DNA of 64,000 bases from Phoronis australis. Its lineage: Eukaryota > Animalia > Phoronida. Under the pieces are notes generated by a model. The model was given only the letters and a program-made list of their open reading frames with translations. It did no database searches and was not told the DNA's origin. Positions 38,660-52,905 of this stretch are shown here, in pieces. The translations under genes and the position numbers were made by a program. The stretch covers positions 132,045 through 196,044 of the forward strand of contig NMRA01000198.1 of NCBI GenBank assembly GCA_002633005.1. The letters are read 5' to 3'. Within the stretch, counting starts at the first letter, position 1. Each line of letters begins with the position of its first letter.

Positions 38660-40700
38660 AGTCAGTGTTGCTGATGTTACTACAGTTGTCACAGCTGTAC
38701 ATTTCTGTACAGTTTGACCCAGCATTGCAGCACAAACTCAGTTTCCCAGCACACATGTTCTTTTTGCACTTGCAGCGTTCATCGTTTAGTACTGTCAAAT
38801 GGAGATGCGGTCATTGCCATACATATTAACTGCAAAGCTCCACCGCCAAGGAGCCAACTATGGTCGATTAGAGAGGGTACGGCACTGCACACTGGTGATT
38901 AGCCCGCAGGCAATGAAGGGTCAAACACTAAGTCCTTGTTTGGAGGCGGGCACTATTAGGGCAAAGGTTTGATTCAAAATATGTTATAATGGGCTGTGTT
39001 AATTAGAGTCAGCAAGTGAATTATTGAACACTAGCCTCAATTCACTTTCGTATCTCTTAGTCGGGCACAAACTACAACAGTGAGTAGCTTCAACAATCTT
39101 TCTTAAGATTGCCTGTCCAAATAACTTCATGCACACCAGCTTTCTGAAGAACAAAACTGTAGAAAAACATCTCTGAAAACTGTGAATTCGTCACTCTTCA
39201 CAATCGTTGTCTTTCTATTTTTTATAGCATGATGATCTAGGGTACTTGGCTTCTAAGACACAAGGTCTTTATCTTTGAATTTCATTCGCATATTCCGGGC
39301 CCTGGACTGAGCTGTTGCTTGCGATACAAGTCCAACTGAAAAAACCCGAACTGTTAACACTAATTCAACATTCAACTATGATTGAGTTGGCATGCAACTT
39401 TTTCAGACGGACTTATCAGGAACTGATCCACCACCAGCCTAAAAAATTTACATGCCGTCTTATCTGTCGCCTAAAAATGTTGATCGTCTATTAAATTAGA
39501 TCAGTTGATGCAACTGAAAATAAATCAGCTGATATACCAGTGCAGTGATTGAAATTTAATTTGTTTAAATCAGATGCTCAAACCATAGTCAATCGATTTA
39601 CACTTAAGGTAATCAACGTTTGACGAAATGGACAGTGGCTTCATCGTCCTGAAATTTCGACGGCGACGATGGCCACTTGGGCACATTAATTTAATTATCA
39701 TTGCAGCAACCTAAATAATTAATGTTTACAAAAATTGAGACTACGGCAAGGGATGACGGCCACTTGGGCATGTTGTTTGCAACCATCTACTCCATTTAAC
39801 CTTCTCAAAATTTTTTGACTTAAAGTGCTTTAAAATCACACCCACAGTATAACGTCATAGGATTATCCCTTAGCTCAAGCAGTGTCGATGTGGCAACTGA
39901 ATGGAGTGTTCGAAAGACAGGATTGCAGGAGTATTTGTTTAAACTGGGAACAAATGAAAACATCAACGACCTCCTTAGAGGCATCTCTCTACGTGGTACT
40001 TCTAAACTTATAGGAACATAATTTGCCGAAAAGTATCCGGCATATGGAGTACCTATGGTATGATCATCGTCTGTACTGGGTCAGCAGTATTGTCTAAGGC
40101 CTAGGCAGCCAAGGGACTGAACAAGTTAAAAAACAACTGGTGATAATACTGAAACAAACATGGAAAACACCAAGATGTATTTTTCAAAAACACGTACCTG
40201 TTTTTGAAAGCTATACTTCTTTCTCTTTCTTGAAATGTGGCCCATAATGTACTTTTCCTGCTAACAAATGATGCACTCATGTTTCAGAATGTTCCTATCT
40301 TGTTCAGGTTAATTGGGTGTTTCAGATTTTGGAAGTATAATTGATTTTCTTGGGAAATCTTGGATAACATCTGTATCACTTTCAGCAACTTCAGCTTTAG
40401 TACTACTGTTGGTGCCTTGAAACGTTGCTATGCCGTTCTATGTCCTTTCAATTTTCTGGTCTAACACTTGGTCTTCTAGTCTACAGCACTCAGCAGTATA
40501 CTGTGTAGGCTACCAGGACATGCAGCTGTTTTCTGCACAAACGTTTGTGACACCTCTTCTTCTTTTTGATCTACTGATCTACAGAGTTCCACAGTCAATC
40601 AGCTTTCGTCAGGAAGCTTTCCTAAGCTTCTTTAGGCTCTGACATCACAATTTTGTGCTGTTTGATAAACCTTGAATTATACAGGCATCACACTCCATGG
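38660..40700 (-). mobile_element. Highly degraded Academ-like DNA transposase relic
   Basis: Minus-strand remnants in order: ECIIC..EK....SRKR, PPPN..., HCLRANHQCAV, and a C-terminal Cys cluster RCKCKKNMC....CCNAGSNCTEMYSCDNCSN; many stops and frameshifts. Confidence 0.55.
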
Positions 40701-41104
40701 GAGCAGCCATATTGAAGTAACTAAGCACAACAATACAATCTGGCTCTCTGATTGGTCAATTCAATAGAAAAGCGCCATCAAGTGGCAGGAATGTGCATCA
40801 TATTTTGTGCAACAAAAACACCTTTTTTTAAAAAAATGTGCAAGTGCAGACGTGGGAACTTTTTGGAATTTGATTTATAGGTATATTATCTAGCCACATA
40901 GAAAAAGCTAAGTTGCCCCCCCCCCCAAGGTACTCACAAGGATGAACGCTATGAGATCTGGCCCACCGACTATTAGTGATAATTTTGAATTCTGATTCAA
41001 AGTGCTTCACGTAATCGTCGATCCGTACCCAGCCAACTTCGCCCGGGTGGTGTTTGTCAATGCGTACATGACAGGATCGTGCAGACGATTAGAGGAGGCT
41101 TTTT

Positions 41105-41330
41105 ATACTTCATAACATGGGAAAAATACGAGAGTGAACTTACGAACGTAAAACTACGAGCGAAAAATACGAGCGTAAAATTACGAAAAACTACGAGCGA
41201 AGAATATGAGTGTAAAACTACGACCGCACAATTGCTTCAGGGCTCACGTAACCAAAAAACCAATTTCTCATTTGATCTAACGATTTCGGTCGTAAAATAC
41301 AAGCGAACTCTCGGTCGTAATTTCCGCGCG
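41105..41330. repeat. Short tandem and inverted TACGAGCGTAAAA(C/T) repeats
   Basis: AAAACTACGAGCG, AAAATACGAGCG and AAAATTACG units, plus inverted GGTCGTAA copies. Confidence 0.6.
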
Positions 41331-44262
41331 ACACTTTCCCCCGTACTGTCAGCGATACTTTCTGTGTCCCATTATATCCGAATTTAAGCTGCGTTCCTCT
41401 GCGAGCAAACGTTACGGCATATTGATTTTGTCTTATCTCAGAAACGTAGAGCTGAGATCCCCCTAACTAAAATACGTCAAGGGCCTTACCTAAAACTCTA
41501 CACCGTCAAGTACATTAGAATTTCCTACAAAAAACCGAGAATTACGAATTGAATTTGTAAAAAGCTTACAACCGGAAGTTAACTCACAATGCCTGTAATT
41601 TTGTGGTGTGCAGCCACCTGACGGCCCAACAGGTTATTTTATTCTGATAATCTTGACACCTGGGTTCTGATTTACACGTTTTTTATCTATGAAATTAGAT
41701 TGATCCCTAAACAAATTTGATTACTTGTGAGCTACTGCTTCGGGTAACTTGGGTGCAGGCTGAGATTCTGTAAAATCTCTCTATATTATCCTAAAATGAA
41801 GTGCACGAGGTGATTTTTTGTCAATCCAAACAACTACTTAGGAAATTGATGTTTCGTTGAATTGTGACGTACGATGAACAAATTCGTTTTTTTTTTTCAT
41901 CATTTGCCAGTCACTAGAAACTACTGGCAAAATGTCGTCAATGTGGCACTCAATAAAGTGAATCTTGACCTTAAATCTAATCTTGTTCACTCAAAGGAAA
42001 TGATAAAACTGTAACCGAAGTTTTAAAGACGACGTTCCATCAGCTTATTCCAAAAATAGCCTGCGGTGGAGTTTCTTACGTTACATTTCTATCCCCAAAG
42101 TGTTTTCTGCAGTACATGTTTTTTGTAGTACATCTTTTTGGCGCCATCCAAGTAAAATTTATCGAAGAAAAAAATGAAAATCGTACCCTAAACGCGTTAC
42201 CGCGTATCGTGCTCAGGAATAAACATGGCCCTTTGAAGCAGACTTACGTACCCTAATTCCTGGTGACTGCCTCCACGGGATTCGCCCCCTCTCCCGAAAA
42301 GCAAAGTCTGGAGGTCTATGCCAACGACCCGGGGGTTGAAGGAGTCTCGACAGTCTAAGAAAGATAGAATTTATCCCGTTGTTTTTATCACCGTGTCCTT
42401 CTTTAAAGGGGACGTTGTTTTTATGAGAATTAGATCCGCGTAAGAGCTCTTCATGCATGGTACAAGGCGGTTTCCCGGCCATTGTACTTTAAAAACGTTA
42501 AAAACACATATGTTAGTAAGTTTCAGTAAATGTTACCGTTTACATGTCACCTTGAAATTATTGACACAAACTAACATGTGTTAGGTTCCTTCGACAACAT
42601 GTTTACTTAGTGATTTGGAACTGTCCAAAGTTCAGCAAGTGATCGAATGTTTTCTGTGACTCACCAGTTGTGTTTGTGTAAAGGATGTGTCAAAATTGTG
42701 TTGCACCTTCTGTCACTCAGCACACTGCTCTGTTTACTTGCAACTTTTTGCAGCCGAATGGAAATTTTCATTCAGCGGTAAATTAGCATTTTTGGTATAT
42801 TGTTAAATCTTGTAAACGGATTTACAAACATGCAAAGTTTATTGCACTTATGGGTCATTGGACAGCAGTTTTCCCTGAAAGCGTGTTCAGCTGTTGCACA
42901 TTGAGTGTGAGAAATCAACTTAAGTTAATACTTAACGAATCGTGTCGTAAGGAAAGTTACTTAACATGAAAAGCTGTTCCATATCCAGGAGTAATGCAAA
43001 TTTTTATTTGCTGAAGTCCATCTCATATATCAAATATTTGTTATGATTAGAAAACTGGTAATGCACGAGCTTCTCAAAACATTCGATGAAACTGAGAAGT
43101 GTGTCTGGACGCTTATAGTCACGTGTAGGCCAAGGACCACCTGTCACAGGAGACTTATATGTTATCACTTGTATCGCGTGAAAATGTACAGTTCCCGTAA
43201 ATGTACTTTTCCATACAATTTGGCATTTACGTTTGGTTAATTCTGCACATTTGACATACCCACGCACACACACGCCGCACGCCCGCATGCACACACACGC
43301 TCGCGTGCACATACGTGTGTCTGTCTGTAATCAATTTTATGGCACAACTTGATTGAAGCGGTATCACGACATTACAAACGATGACAAAACAAAGCAGGCG
43401 ACAAAATGAATATATTTGAAACTTCTACTCTTAAAAAATCTGACCTGGAATTCCTCGTCCTGACAACTGGGCGGAAGCCAAAATCACCGTCGGATTAATC
43501 TTCCCTCGTGACTGAGGATGAAGGGAAATTAACGTGGAAGATTTTAATTAACTAAGCCATTCTTCAATGATAATAGTTATAGCAAGTCCTTTTTACTGTT
43601 AACAGAACTAGCCGTCATAACAGGGCAACGGTATTTTACCCGGTTACTTTTGTCTTGTACTACATGTGAGATCTTTATCTTCGTTTAAAGATAGCGCAAA
43701 ACAAAATAGATTCCCTGAATTTGTCGAGGTTACGGCGAATCCCGTGAAATTATACGGTTGCATACTAACTTCCGGGCATTGCTTTCAAGAAAAGATAAGA
43801 TCACTAAGACTTGCACTAACGAATTATAGTTTCATTGGTTGGGTTCCAGTATTTGAAAAGAATATGAATACTGCTTCAGAAGCGCTGCCCAAAGCTGGTT
43901 TTGAGACCTGTCACTCATTAGGAAATGTAGCTCCCATGAGATGTAAAAGTTTAATGAATTAGCACACTGATTTCAAAATTGTGACATGAACTGGCTTATG
44001 TACGTTTTAAAAGTAGACGGTCTACACATATTCCTACAGACTCCTTTTGCGTCGCGCAAGGCAATGGCAACGCTGGCTGATTCAATAGATTGTTCGAAAA
44101 GTTTTCAGATTTGTCCTGCTGTTTTGAATGTCTGTAATCATATCTGTATTTGTTGTTTGTGGCACCCTGTAGAGTTGAACAACTACAGTTAATAAAATAT
44201 CAGTACACTTTACAAAGTGCCCAAAAGACACACCTGCAACTGAAAGAGAAACAGAAAAAAAC

Positions 44263-44335
44263 ATGGCCGCTTCATTGATTGTTGCTGCGAGTTTGATCCT
44301 CGCGTTTGCATCGAGCACAGATGCCTTCTTTTGGA
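44263..44335 (+). CDS. Uncharacterised secreted protein, exon 1 (signal peptide)
   Basis: AAAC-ATG-G context; MAASLIVAASLILAFASSTDA signal peptide; GTGAGT donor in phase 1, compatible with the exon at 48099. An additional small exon in between cannot be excluded. Confidence 0.65.
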
Positions 44336-47300
44336 GTGAGTATGGATAAAATATTAGGCATATCTAACAGGTTGTCTTAATATCGATAAAATAGCTTCAC
44401 AGAAAAATGGGATATCTTGTTCTATGTGGAAACTTGGCCTTCCTACGAGCGATTCGCGAGAAGGAATTTTTACAGGGTTCGTCAAGTTTACACTTAAAGA
44501 TGATTTTATCTGATAGTTTTGTCCAATGCAGTATACGTTTTTTTCATTGCATGCCACATTCTGAAAACGACAATTGGCAGGTTATAGCATAATCAAATTA
44601 GAAAAACACAACCGCTCTTATTGTTTTGAGGTTTATGTGCAACTGGTGTTATTTGGTTATAATGCCACATACATGTAAACAGTTTCAAAGAGCATATAAA
44701 GATTTTAATGGTCTCAACATCTCTTCACAGTCACGTGATTAGCGTCAATTAATCACGAATAAAGTGCGCAAAGTTGAACACAACACGTCAACAGTTGCAA
44801 GCAGATTTTTAACCAAAAGTACATCAATTTTTCTGCTTGAACTATTTTCTTGATTGAACGTGCTTTTCTTTTGTTTATAGTTTCTTAGTGAAACCGGTGT
44901 GCCTCGACGTCCCTGGTTCTTCAACCACGTACATTGTATGACTCGCCAGCTCACTTTGCCCGACATGGAATTTTAGATTTCAGGCATGATGTCTAATAAA
45001 ACAGGGGTACCAGTGACCCCTCAAGGACTGCATAGGCTACCATTTCTGGTTATTGAGTTTCATACCAAACTCAACCATTTAGGAAAACCATTTTTGTATA
45101 ATTATGTCGCCGACTAGCCGAGATCGTCCAAAAGTTTAATGACAGGCGCCGCGTGAGGTACATTCGATTAGTTAGGCCATTTCGTTCCCAAATGTTTATT
45201 CTAGAGCTCTTACTCCATCAATGTGTTTCTGTTTCACCTCATATTCTCACATTCACTATGTATGTTTTCTCGTCTGCTTTCATCAACTCTACACAGCTCG
45301 TGCGCCAGCCATCTTCGCGAAACAGATGATGAAGTCTGCTCCTCGATTTCAGATAACTTTGAATGATAGCCTTTGTTGAATTAGTCTTTTGGGTTGACCG
45401 TTATATCCAGCTGATCACTCATCTGTCCAAACTGCACAACAACGATTCTTGAATGCAGTGACCAGCAGCATCAATGTGGCGATTTGTCTGTTTGCCAGTG
45501 GAGACACACATGATCGAAAAGGTCCATTTGGTTCTCTAAACAATTTAAAAGTCCAGTTCAGAATCTGCGTGAAACAGGCGCACGTTTCCTCTTCCCGAAC
45601 TGAAAATATCAAAAGTGGAGGAAACAAAAAAGCAAGAACAAAATCATACGGTAATAAATGAGAGCATATTAACAAGAGAATGGTACATAAAAACATAAAA
45701 CAAGACAAAAAGCTCAAGGTACAGTAGATATTAAAGCATTTCCCAATTATGACATTTAAAAATAAAATCACTTCGATTTCTAAGTAATAGAGCATTACAG
45801 TCGTGATTTAAATTGTGACAACGATATAATAAGAATTGTTTTTCATGCCTATTACAAATGACAGTTTGATTGACGTATGTGCTCCTGTACCTACAAAGAC
45901 ATACATATCGTCCAAGTTTGCAACGGTTGTACAAGTTCAAAGCTGCAACACAATATGTACCACACGAACTTCTTATTTAATTACAATTTAAAAATGCATG
46001 GCGTCTTTAATAATGTTGTTTCTGCTGTGCAAGTTTAAAGAAATTGTCATTTCATGATTTTCTGCAAGCTTACGAAATCACCCACGAGAAATTTAAACTT
46101 CTGCATAGTACAGCTGTATTACACAATTCTATATCAAAAACACGTCTTACACTGGAGTGCAGTACATTGTCAATTTTTAATTTTATTTGTGTATGCTGTT
46201 TAATGCTGTTGTGGTGTACTGACATTTTGTTCTCGTCTACATGTAGCGACCTCCAGAACTGACCGGATGTTTGACAACTGGAGCCAATTGAGAGGTAATT
46301 GTTTTTGTTTCGTAACACTTTTCGGCATTTCAAGTACCACCGTTTTCGTGACTGAACAGTTGTTAATGCAACACCATTTAATAATATTAATACAACTACA
46401 GTGTTGTAAATGCAATACCATTTCATAATATTAATACAACAACAGATCTGTTAATGCAATACCGTTTTATAATATTAATACAACTACAGAGCTGTTAATA
46501 CAATACTCATTGTACTATTTGCTCAGATTAAAACTAATTTCTGAGCTTTGAAAGAACTGGCGTTCCCTATTGCCTCAAACCATGTTTGGCGCATAAAGCG
46601 ACCTCTGTGACAAGCCAGCTTATTGAGCCACATCGGAAATAGTAACCAACTATCACTTCTTTCCTAGCTTGGAAAGACTTTCTAATTTGAGTAATGTACA
46701 TTGATTAGTGGTCTAAGACAGAGGTGAGTTCTTTGGAAAGAAAGTTGGTTTATAGCAGATACAGGTATCTGCTGTAGAACACGTGACTTTAAAATCTTAT
46801 AAGATTATTGCTTCTAAAATACAAAGGTGCTTATTTTGATCATTGTCATGTTGCCTTAAAAGCAGTAATAACACATAGCACATAATATCCAATGAAAGCA
46901 ATTTTACTTCGATCAAATTTCCTTGAACAGCGTCAAATCTGCAAACGTACGAGCGATAACAAATATCAGCTTGTTGTATGGAGCTTTTAAAAGACACGTG
47001 TCATCTTCCAATGTGGGGCTGATGTGGAAGCGGTTGAGTACATTTTGAAGAAAAATAGAATTAATTTCCATTTGGCGACATTAAAGTATGGCGTTATTCA
47101 AAGTGGTATTAAATTCCTGCTTTCTACCAAAAGGTTTTCATTTAGGTCACTTATGAAACTTTTCATGTTCCTTTCTCAGTGTAAACGTTATCCCTGGAGT
47201 CGGGAAGAACTGAAAGTTGTTTATTTCTTCAGACCACCTCACGCCGTGACCTGAACTTTTATGAGCTCCGAGACTACGTTCGTAACTGTAATTTCCCTAA

Positions 47301-48098
47301 ACCAAAACAGTGAATGTACATTTCTAAAACACATTAATCTCAAGTTATTTAGCTTAATGCACAACACTCTAACTTCAAAAACAGACAAACCTATTGTAGG
47401 ACACATCATCTTTCTCCCCAGCCGAATGCAATGACGTTCGTCAAAAATGAACCACATTTTTTTCTCATGTACTGCAATTATGTCCTTGCATCCCTTTCAT
47501 CACGAACGTAGTATTGCTCAGTGTTGTCACAGTAATAATCGCGTGCTTATTTTGATGTTGGAGAGTGAAAAAGTGTGGTTGATGAAGCAAGTCGAACTTC
47601 TTTATGAATTTGGCTAGGTCACGCCAAACCACGCAAAATCATCACGCGGGTGAAACCTTACGACAGTACAATAAAAACCTTACCTCCGTGTAGTAGCATA
47701 ATGGCAACCACTAACGTGGTTGGTCGGCGGGGTTGAAATATAGAAAAGTGAATACATGGAAGCAGTCTATAGACAAGTTTAGTCTATTTCTCTTGAATAA
47801 GACAAGGTTTCTAGCCGCCTTGCCTCACAAGGGCTTTGCAATGGAACGTTTCCCAGGTAAAAACAGTCGCGAGAACAGAATTTCGGTGCATGAAGATAAA
47901 AAACACCTTTGTTCGCGAAAAAAATGTGTTGGCAAAAGAGTCTGTTCATACGTTCCGTGTTGTGAGCTCTCTGGCGGAGGAAGGTTATCTTTCACGGAAT
48001 AGATCTTTGAAATATGACGAGTACGAGCAATACACACTTGCATGCATTGCACCGCGCATGATTCACACAAAACAAATAAAGTTGTTGTTTTGTTACAG

Positions 48099-48182
48099 TC
48101 AGAATTCCTTCTTTCTACACCATGCCAAGGACAATAGAAGACGCAGTATCTGCCGGATGGAGTAAAATTGACGACTGTTCCA
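48099..48182 (+). CDS. Uncharacterised secreted protein, exon 2
   Basis: TTACAG acceptor; RIPSFYTMPRTIEDAVSAGWSKIDDCS; GTAAGT donor. Confidence 0.8.
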
Positions 48183-48535
48183 GTAAGTGTCGTCAGGGAA
48201 ACTCAGTGGGAATTAGATAGTAACATTGTCAGGCATCTTTCATTGGTTTTGGATTGTTGACAATTGAAACTAAACAATATTTCACAAGTAGACACAAGTA
48301 TTAGATTATTTGAACATGTCTAATTTATCTTAATAGACGAAATAAACTCGCAACTCAGTTTTCATTAAACGGGCCCCAGGTGTACTGTGGTGTTACCGAC
48401 TTCGACGTTCAGCTACTGTTAACGTGTGAAGTTGTTTCCAACCTTTGTTGTTTTTCGGTCAGTTCATGGTAATGTCTGTCAATGCACAAATGGTTAGAAA
48501 CCCTTGTAGATTTAACTACTCAAACCTCCTTTCAG

Positions 48536-48636
48536 CCAGCTTGAAGTTCCGTGGTAACCGTTACGTGAAGCAAGATGACACAACTATCATGCTCCTGTTT
48601 GCCAACGAGGGTCGGCTGGCCGGTATGCAAATAGCA
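48536..48636 (+). CDS. Uncharacterised secreted protein, exon 3
   Basis: CCTTTCAG acceptor; SLKFRGNRYVKQDDTTIMLLFANEGRLAGMQIA; GTAAGA donor. Confidence 0.85.
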
Positions 48637-49943
48637 GTAAGAGAGAAGCGTTTTTACATTTACAGAGAATTTAAACAGTGACACTGCTTGGAATTTCCAC
48701 TAACAAACTCCTAAGTGCAAAAGGCCCATGGTTTACTAATTGTTTAATCGATTGTCTTCGCTAGAAAATTAATAAGTGCATTAACTGATGACAACAAACC
48801 TCTGGCGTTAGTTCATTCTAACCGTGTGCACTACATTTACACCGTTTCCTACAAACGTACATGTGACAGGTCAGTGAGCATTTTGCTCGATGTTTGTCGG
48901 TAACCCGTATCGAGCTACGCGCTGAACAATCTTCCGTTTGAAAACGGTCACCTTCAGCTGTTCGTCTGCGCTGGACCTTACTAGCCTCACCTAATTGTTA
49001 GCATGTATGCTAACAAACAAGTCCTTTATTCAGTGAATACCAGATGTTCCATTCAAATACATGCAAACCAGACATAGAGTCTAACGCGGAGACACCGATT
49101 CATTTTTCATGCGTGTCTAATCATCAAGTCGTATTAACAAAGCAAACATCCTCCACAACGTTTTAGGTTCTGCATTTTCCGTTTATAGGCTTCCCTTTCA
49201 AGCATTTGGTCCGACCTTATTTGCGCGGCACCACAAAAGTAAAAATGTAACGTTTTCTGAATGTACGGGCTACTACTATCGTTATTTAACGCAACAACCA
49301 GGACGAGAAATACTTGACATCACGTCCACAAAAGCTTCTGTTTGCCCATACCTGGTGGGTGTGCCCTGAGTTATACGATGACACTTGGCTTTCTCAATTT
49401 CTACTGGTTTATGACCCTTGGTCCCAATACATTGTGTGCCAGCAAAACTAATGAAGCAAAATAGGGCCTACTGGCTGTCAACTACTTTCTAGTCTTAAGT
49501 TATAAAAGTCACATTTCTTGTCCAATTTTCAAAATTCACAATCATAATCACGTGTACTTTTCCGGAACTACTCAAATAGTTTTACACTCTTTAAAAACTT
49601 CTTAAAATGAAAATTAAATACTGTGTTTACATCCATGTTGGTCATGGACATGTCCTCGCCTGATTATTCATGTTAATCTCCAGAGAACGATACCATGAGC
49701 TGAAGCTAGATGATTTCTTTGAAGAAAGCGGCGGATTTTAAGCTCAACGAACCGGCCGAAATGCTCAAATCCGACCGGTAAGGCTGTCAGCGTAGGATTT
49801 TTTCATGGTTTAGAAAAAGATAGGGAATGACGTATCAAATGTGCGTGTTTGTAATTTTGGTAACCTTGTGGAGCTTTTTATATTCGGCCATTGAGCACTG
49901 TGGGCATCTTAGTGTTGCAGATTCTGCCATTATTGTTTTCTAG

Positions 49944-50037
49944 ATCCCTAAGGACAGCGCCCCTACCGGTGACATGAGATCTTATTTCATTGAAGAAGCA
50001 AACTCGTTCACGGCCACTGCTTACTTTGTCGATCCTG
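49944..50037 (+). CDS. Uncharacterised secreted protein, exon 4
   Basis: TTTTCTAG acceptor; IPKDSAPTGDMRSYFIEEANSFTATAYFVDP; GTAAAA donor. Confidence 0.85.
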
Positions 50038-50400
50038 GTAAAAACTTTACGTGTTCATTCAAAGTACTTCTTTAACTGATGACACCGCACCACAGACAAT
50101 GACAAATTGATAATGATATTTGGCTGGAGTGATGTTGGTGATGATGAGGAAGAAGATGGTGACTGTCACGATATCACCGCCTCCCATGACTACGGCGACA
50201 TTATCGATGGTGTGACCATCTCATAATTACTCAGTGCGGTTCACTAAGTATTACGACGAAGTGTGACGGACTTTTAGTATCTGACAGTTATTTGAATTAT
50301 TTTTAGAAACAATTGACAAATGCTCACTTGAACAACATTCAACGAAACGTAGTACGGATTTGTAGATTCCCTTTGCTCATATTAATATTGGTATTTCTAG

Positions 50401-50559
50401 AAACCATCTGCACTGACAAGGAGACAAAATTCCCCGACATGTTGAAGTTTCAACGCGGCCAATATTCAGATGGCAATTTTATCGAAGCCCCAATGAACGA
50501 GAACGATATTAGTAACGTTGCATATCCATGGGAAGAGGGAAAGTGCTTCTACTTGATGG
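50401..50559 (+). CDS. Uncharacterised secreted protein, exon 5
   Basis: TTTCTAG acceptor; TICTDK...PWEEGKCFYLM; GTAAGT donor. Confidence 0.85.
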
Positions 50560-51514
50560 GTAAGTACACTATTTTACATTGCTACGAAAGATAGCATTGT
50601 GGAATGTTGTTTATCATGGCTTCTCATTGGTTTAAGTAATGGAACCGATGTCATAACATTCAGTTATTCCCATGGGTTGAAATCTGTTTAATGTTACGTA
50701 GTATTGCGACCACCTGTGACTTGAATAATTGCAATTTATTAAAACGGGCAGTCAAGTAAACAAAATCAAGGGAACGCCGATCCCGTGGCTAAGCCCAAAC
50801 AATTACCAAGTACAGAAAGCGTGTGCACTGAAGTGGTGGTGATATGATTGATAAACTTCCGACCAATCATGCGCATTGATACCCACACACGGAATTCCTT
50901 GTGTCGTTCATCATGTTTCCACAGGGTCACTTTTCAGTATAGGTGGCGCTGTGTCAGAGTGTGGATGATTAAGTACCTTTTAGTGGCTCCATCTAATGTT
51001 AATTGGCTGACATTCACATTGCATGAATGGGATCACTATCGAGTTGACAGTCCTTCCCAAGTACTGGGAAGGGATAATGTAAAGTCAGAGAAAACTTTAG
51101 TTAGACGGCTGTGTGTGTGTTCGCCTACGCGCACGTGCGTGTGAACACTGTCATACGTCTACGGATAAAATGCAAATTACATCAATTTACTTTAGCTTAT
51201 TGAGGTTGAATACGTTTTGATGCATTGATTCATTTAGTTTCGGCAGGAGATTATATTATTTTTGCATTGGTATATGTATCCGTGTATATATTATTTATAT
51301 TTATGATACCAGCATGATATAAGAATACTGCCAATGTTTGTGCCATGGATCAAGATGGTGATCATCATGGCGTCAACGAAGACGAGGATGATGAGATTGC
51401 CATGGAAACGCTAATCATGTTTGTACTCCTTCTTTACACTTTTTCTTTCTTATGAATGAGCTTAACTAGTCTTTGAAACAGTTAACGCACCTTCGACGAT
51501 CCAACCCATTTCAG

Positions 51515-51675
51515 GAAAGCACTACTGGCCAAAACCGCCCACTAGAACCACATGTGACGATAGCATGCCGTTTTTCTTGCTCTACAATGGTGGGCAATTG
51601 ACTGCCTTTGGGTGGATGTTCTTTGGCGACCTACAGTCGGATTACTTTGAAAGACCTACTACTTCAGACGCCGAG
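51515..51675 (+). CDS. Uncharacterised secreted protein, exon 6
   Basis: TTTCAG acceptor; KHYWPKPPTRTTCDDSMPFFLLYNGGQLTAFGWMFF...DAE; GTAAAA donor. Confidence 0.85.
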
Positions 51676-52800
51676 GTAAAATTATCAACGTCTTTGTGAG
51701 TAATAAAATCCAGTGGAAATCTTCGTATTGATGAATTTTGAAAACTTCTTTTGAAGTCTTCTAAATGGGTAAACGTGACCTACGCTTTTAGCGTATTACA
51801 CGGCAACTGTGGGAAAAAACACTCGCTAAGGACCATAATGTCCAATCTGTAACATAGGGAGTATGACTTTTTATTTGATTCCTGCCTTTAACTTGGAAAG
51901 TTGACGCCAATAATGCCTTAGCATGTGACAGAACGACGATTGGTTGAAATCATCAGAGTTTAGTATACTTTTAAGAATGCTTCAACCATACTCTCGTGTT
52001 TTGCCGGGCGAGATTCTCGTGTCTACGGAACGCACTCCTGATCATCTGCTGTGTGCTAAGGTTCCCACGTGACTGAATGCAGGCAACTGCCCGCCGCTTC
52101 GTTCTGAATGTCATTTTTTGTGAAAGCAACAAAAAAGAAATCACGTAAGTCTTCGCGACTTAATAGCAAAGCATGTGATGACACTAGCTTTATTCGCGAG
52201 TGTATTAAGTCTATGGAACGCGCACCAGGTTGGTCCAATGTCTCACCAGATACGTCCAGTGAATTCAAAGTTGCCCTCTCTTTTACAGTGTAGCAATCTA
52301 CAGTTGGTTGTGGTTGCTAGGCTCATCAGGCATGCGCCGGTTCTGCAGTGGCTTCGTTCCGTCGGCACTAGGCACTCGCAAGAAAAGATAGTCTGATCAC
52401 TCTCTTGTAATTCTTGGTGTTATCTCGCGAAGACTTGCGTAAACTTACGTTTTCGTCAACCGGCTTAGACAAATGACTCTTTTGTGAGCCGGTAGTCGTT
52501 ATCGAGAATCAGTCAAATATTCTGGTACCCTTTGTCACATCGCCATCTTATTGCCTCGTGTAGCACTGGCAGAATAGTTAAACATTCTGGATGGTTGAAC
52601 CGTGCACCCATGGCCTTAAGTCTGTCACTAAGTGCTCTTGAGTGTCCAGATTGTCCACCTTGTTGAAGTGATGACTCGGTCATAACAAAATACGCGTTTG
52701 TTGTGCTAGTTGCCTGCTTTACATGCATGATGGCAAGATACTTGTCTACAACTATTTGGCGGTTTTAACACGTCTTAAAATGATTGAAACTCAATTTCAG

Positions 52801-52905
52801 AGAACCATGATAAACGTTCCGCGATGCCTTTATAGCGACCGTCTGGCTGGCCGTCTCCGAACCATGCATGTCTATTTAGACTCGCCATACAACAACTTTT
52901 GCTGA
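52801..52905 (+). CDS. Uncharacterised secreted protein, last exon
   Basis: TTTCAG acceptor; RTMINVPRCLYSDRLAGRLRTMHVYLDSPYNNFC-stop; AATAAA at 53072. Confidence 0.85.
   Translation, partial: RTMINVPRCLYSDRLAGRLRTMHVYLDSPYNNFC

Noticed and set aside
45297-47260. Additional exons of the secreted-protein gene (acceptor-like sites near 45296, 46667 and 47232)
   Set aside because: Each hits a stop or lacks a convincing phase-compatible donor.
52000-52450. Relatively GC-rich intronic stretch with overlapping 60-70 aa ORFs
   Set aside because: No recognisable domain or termini; probably a repeat fragment.
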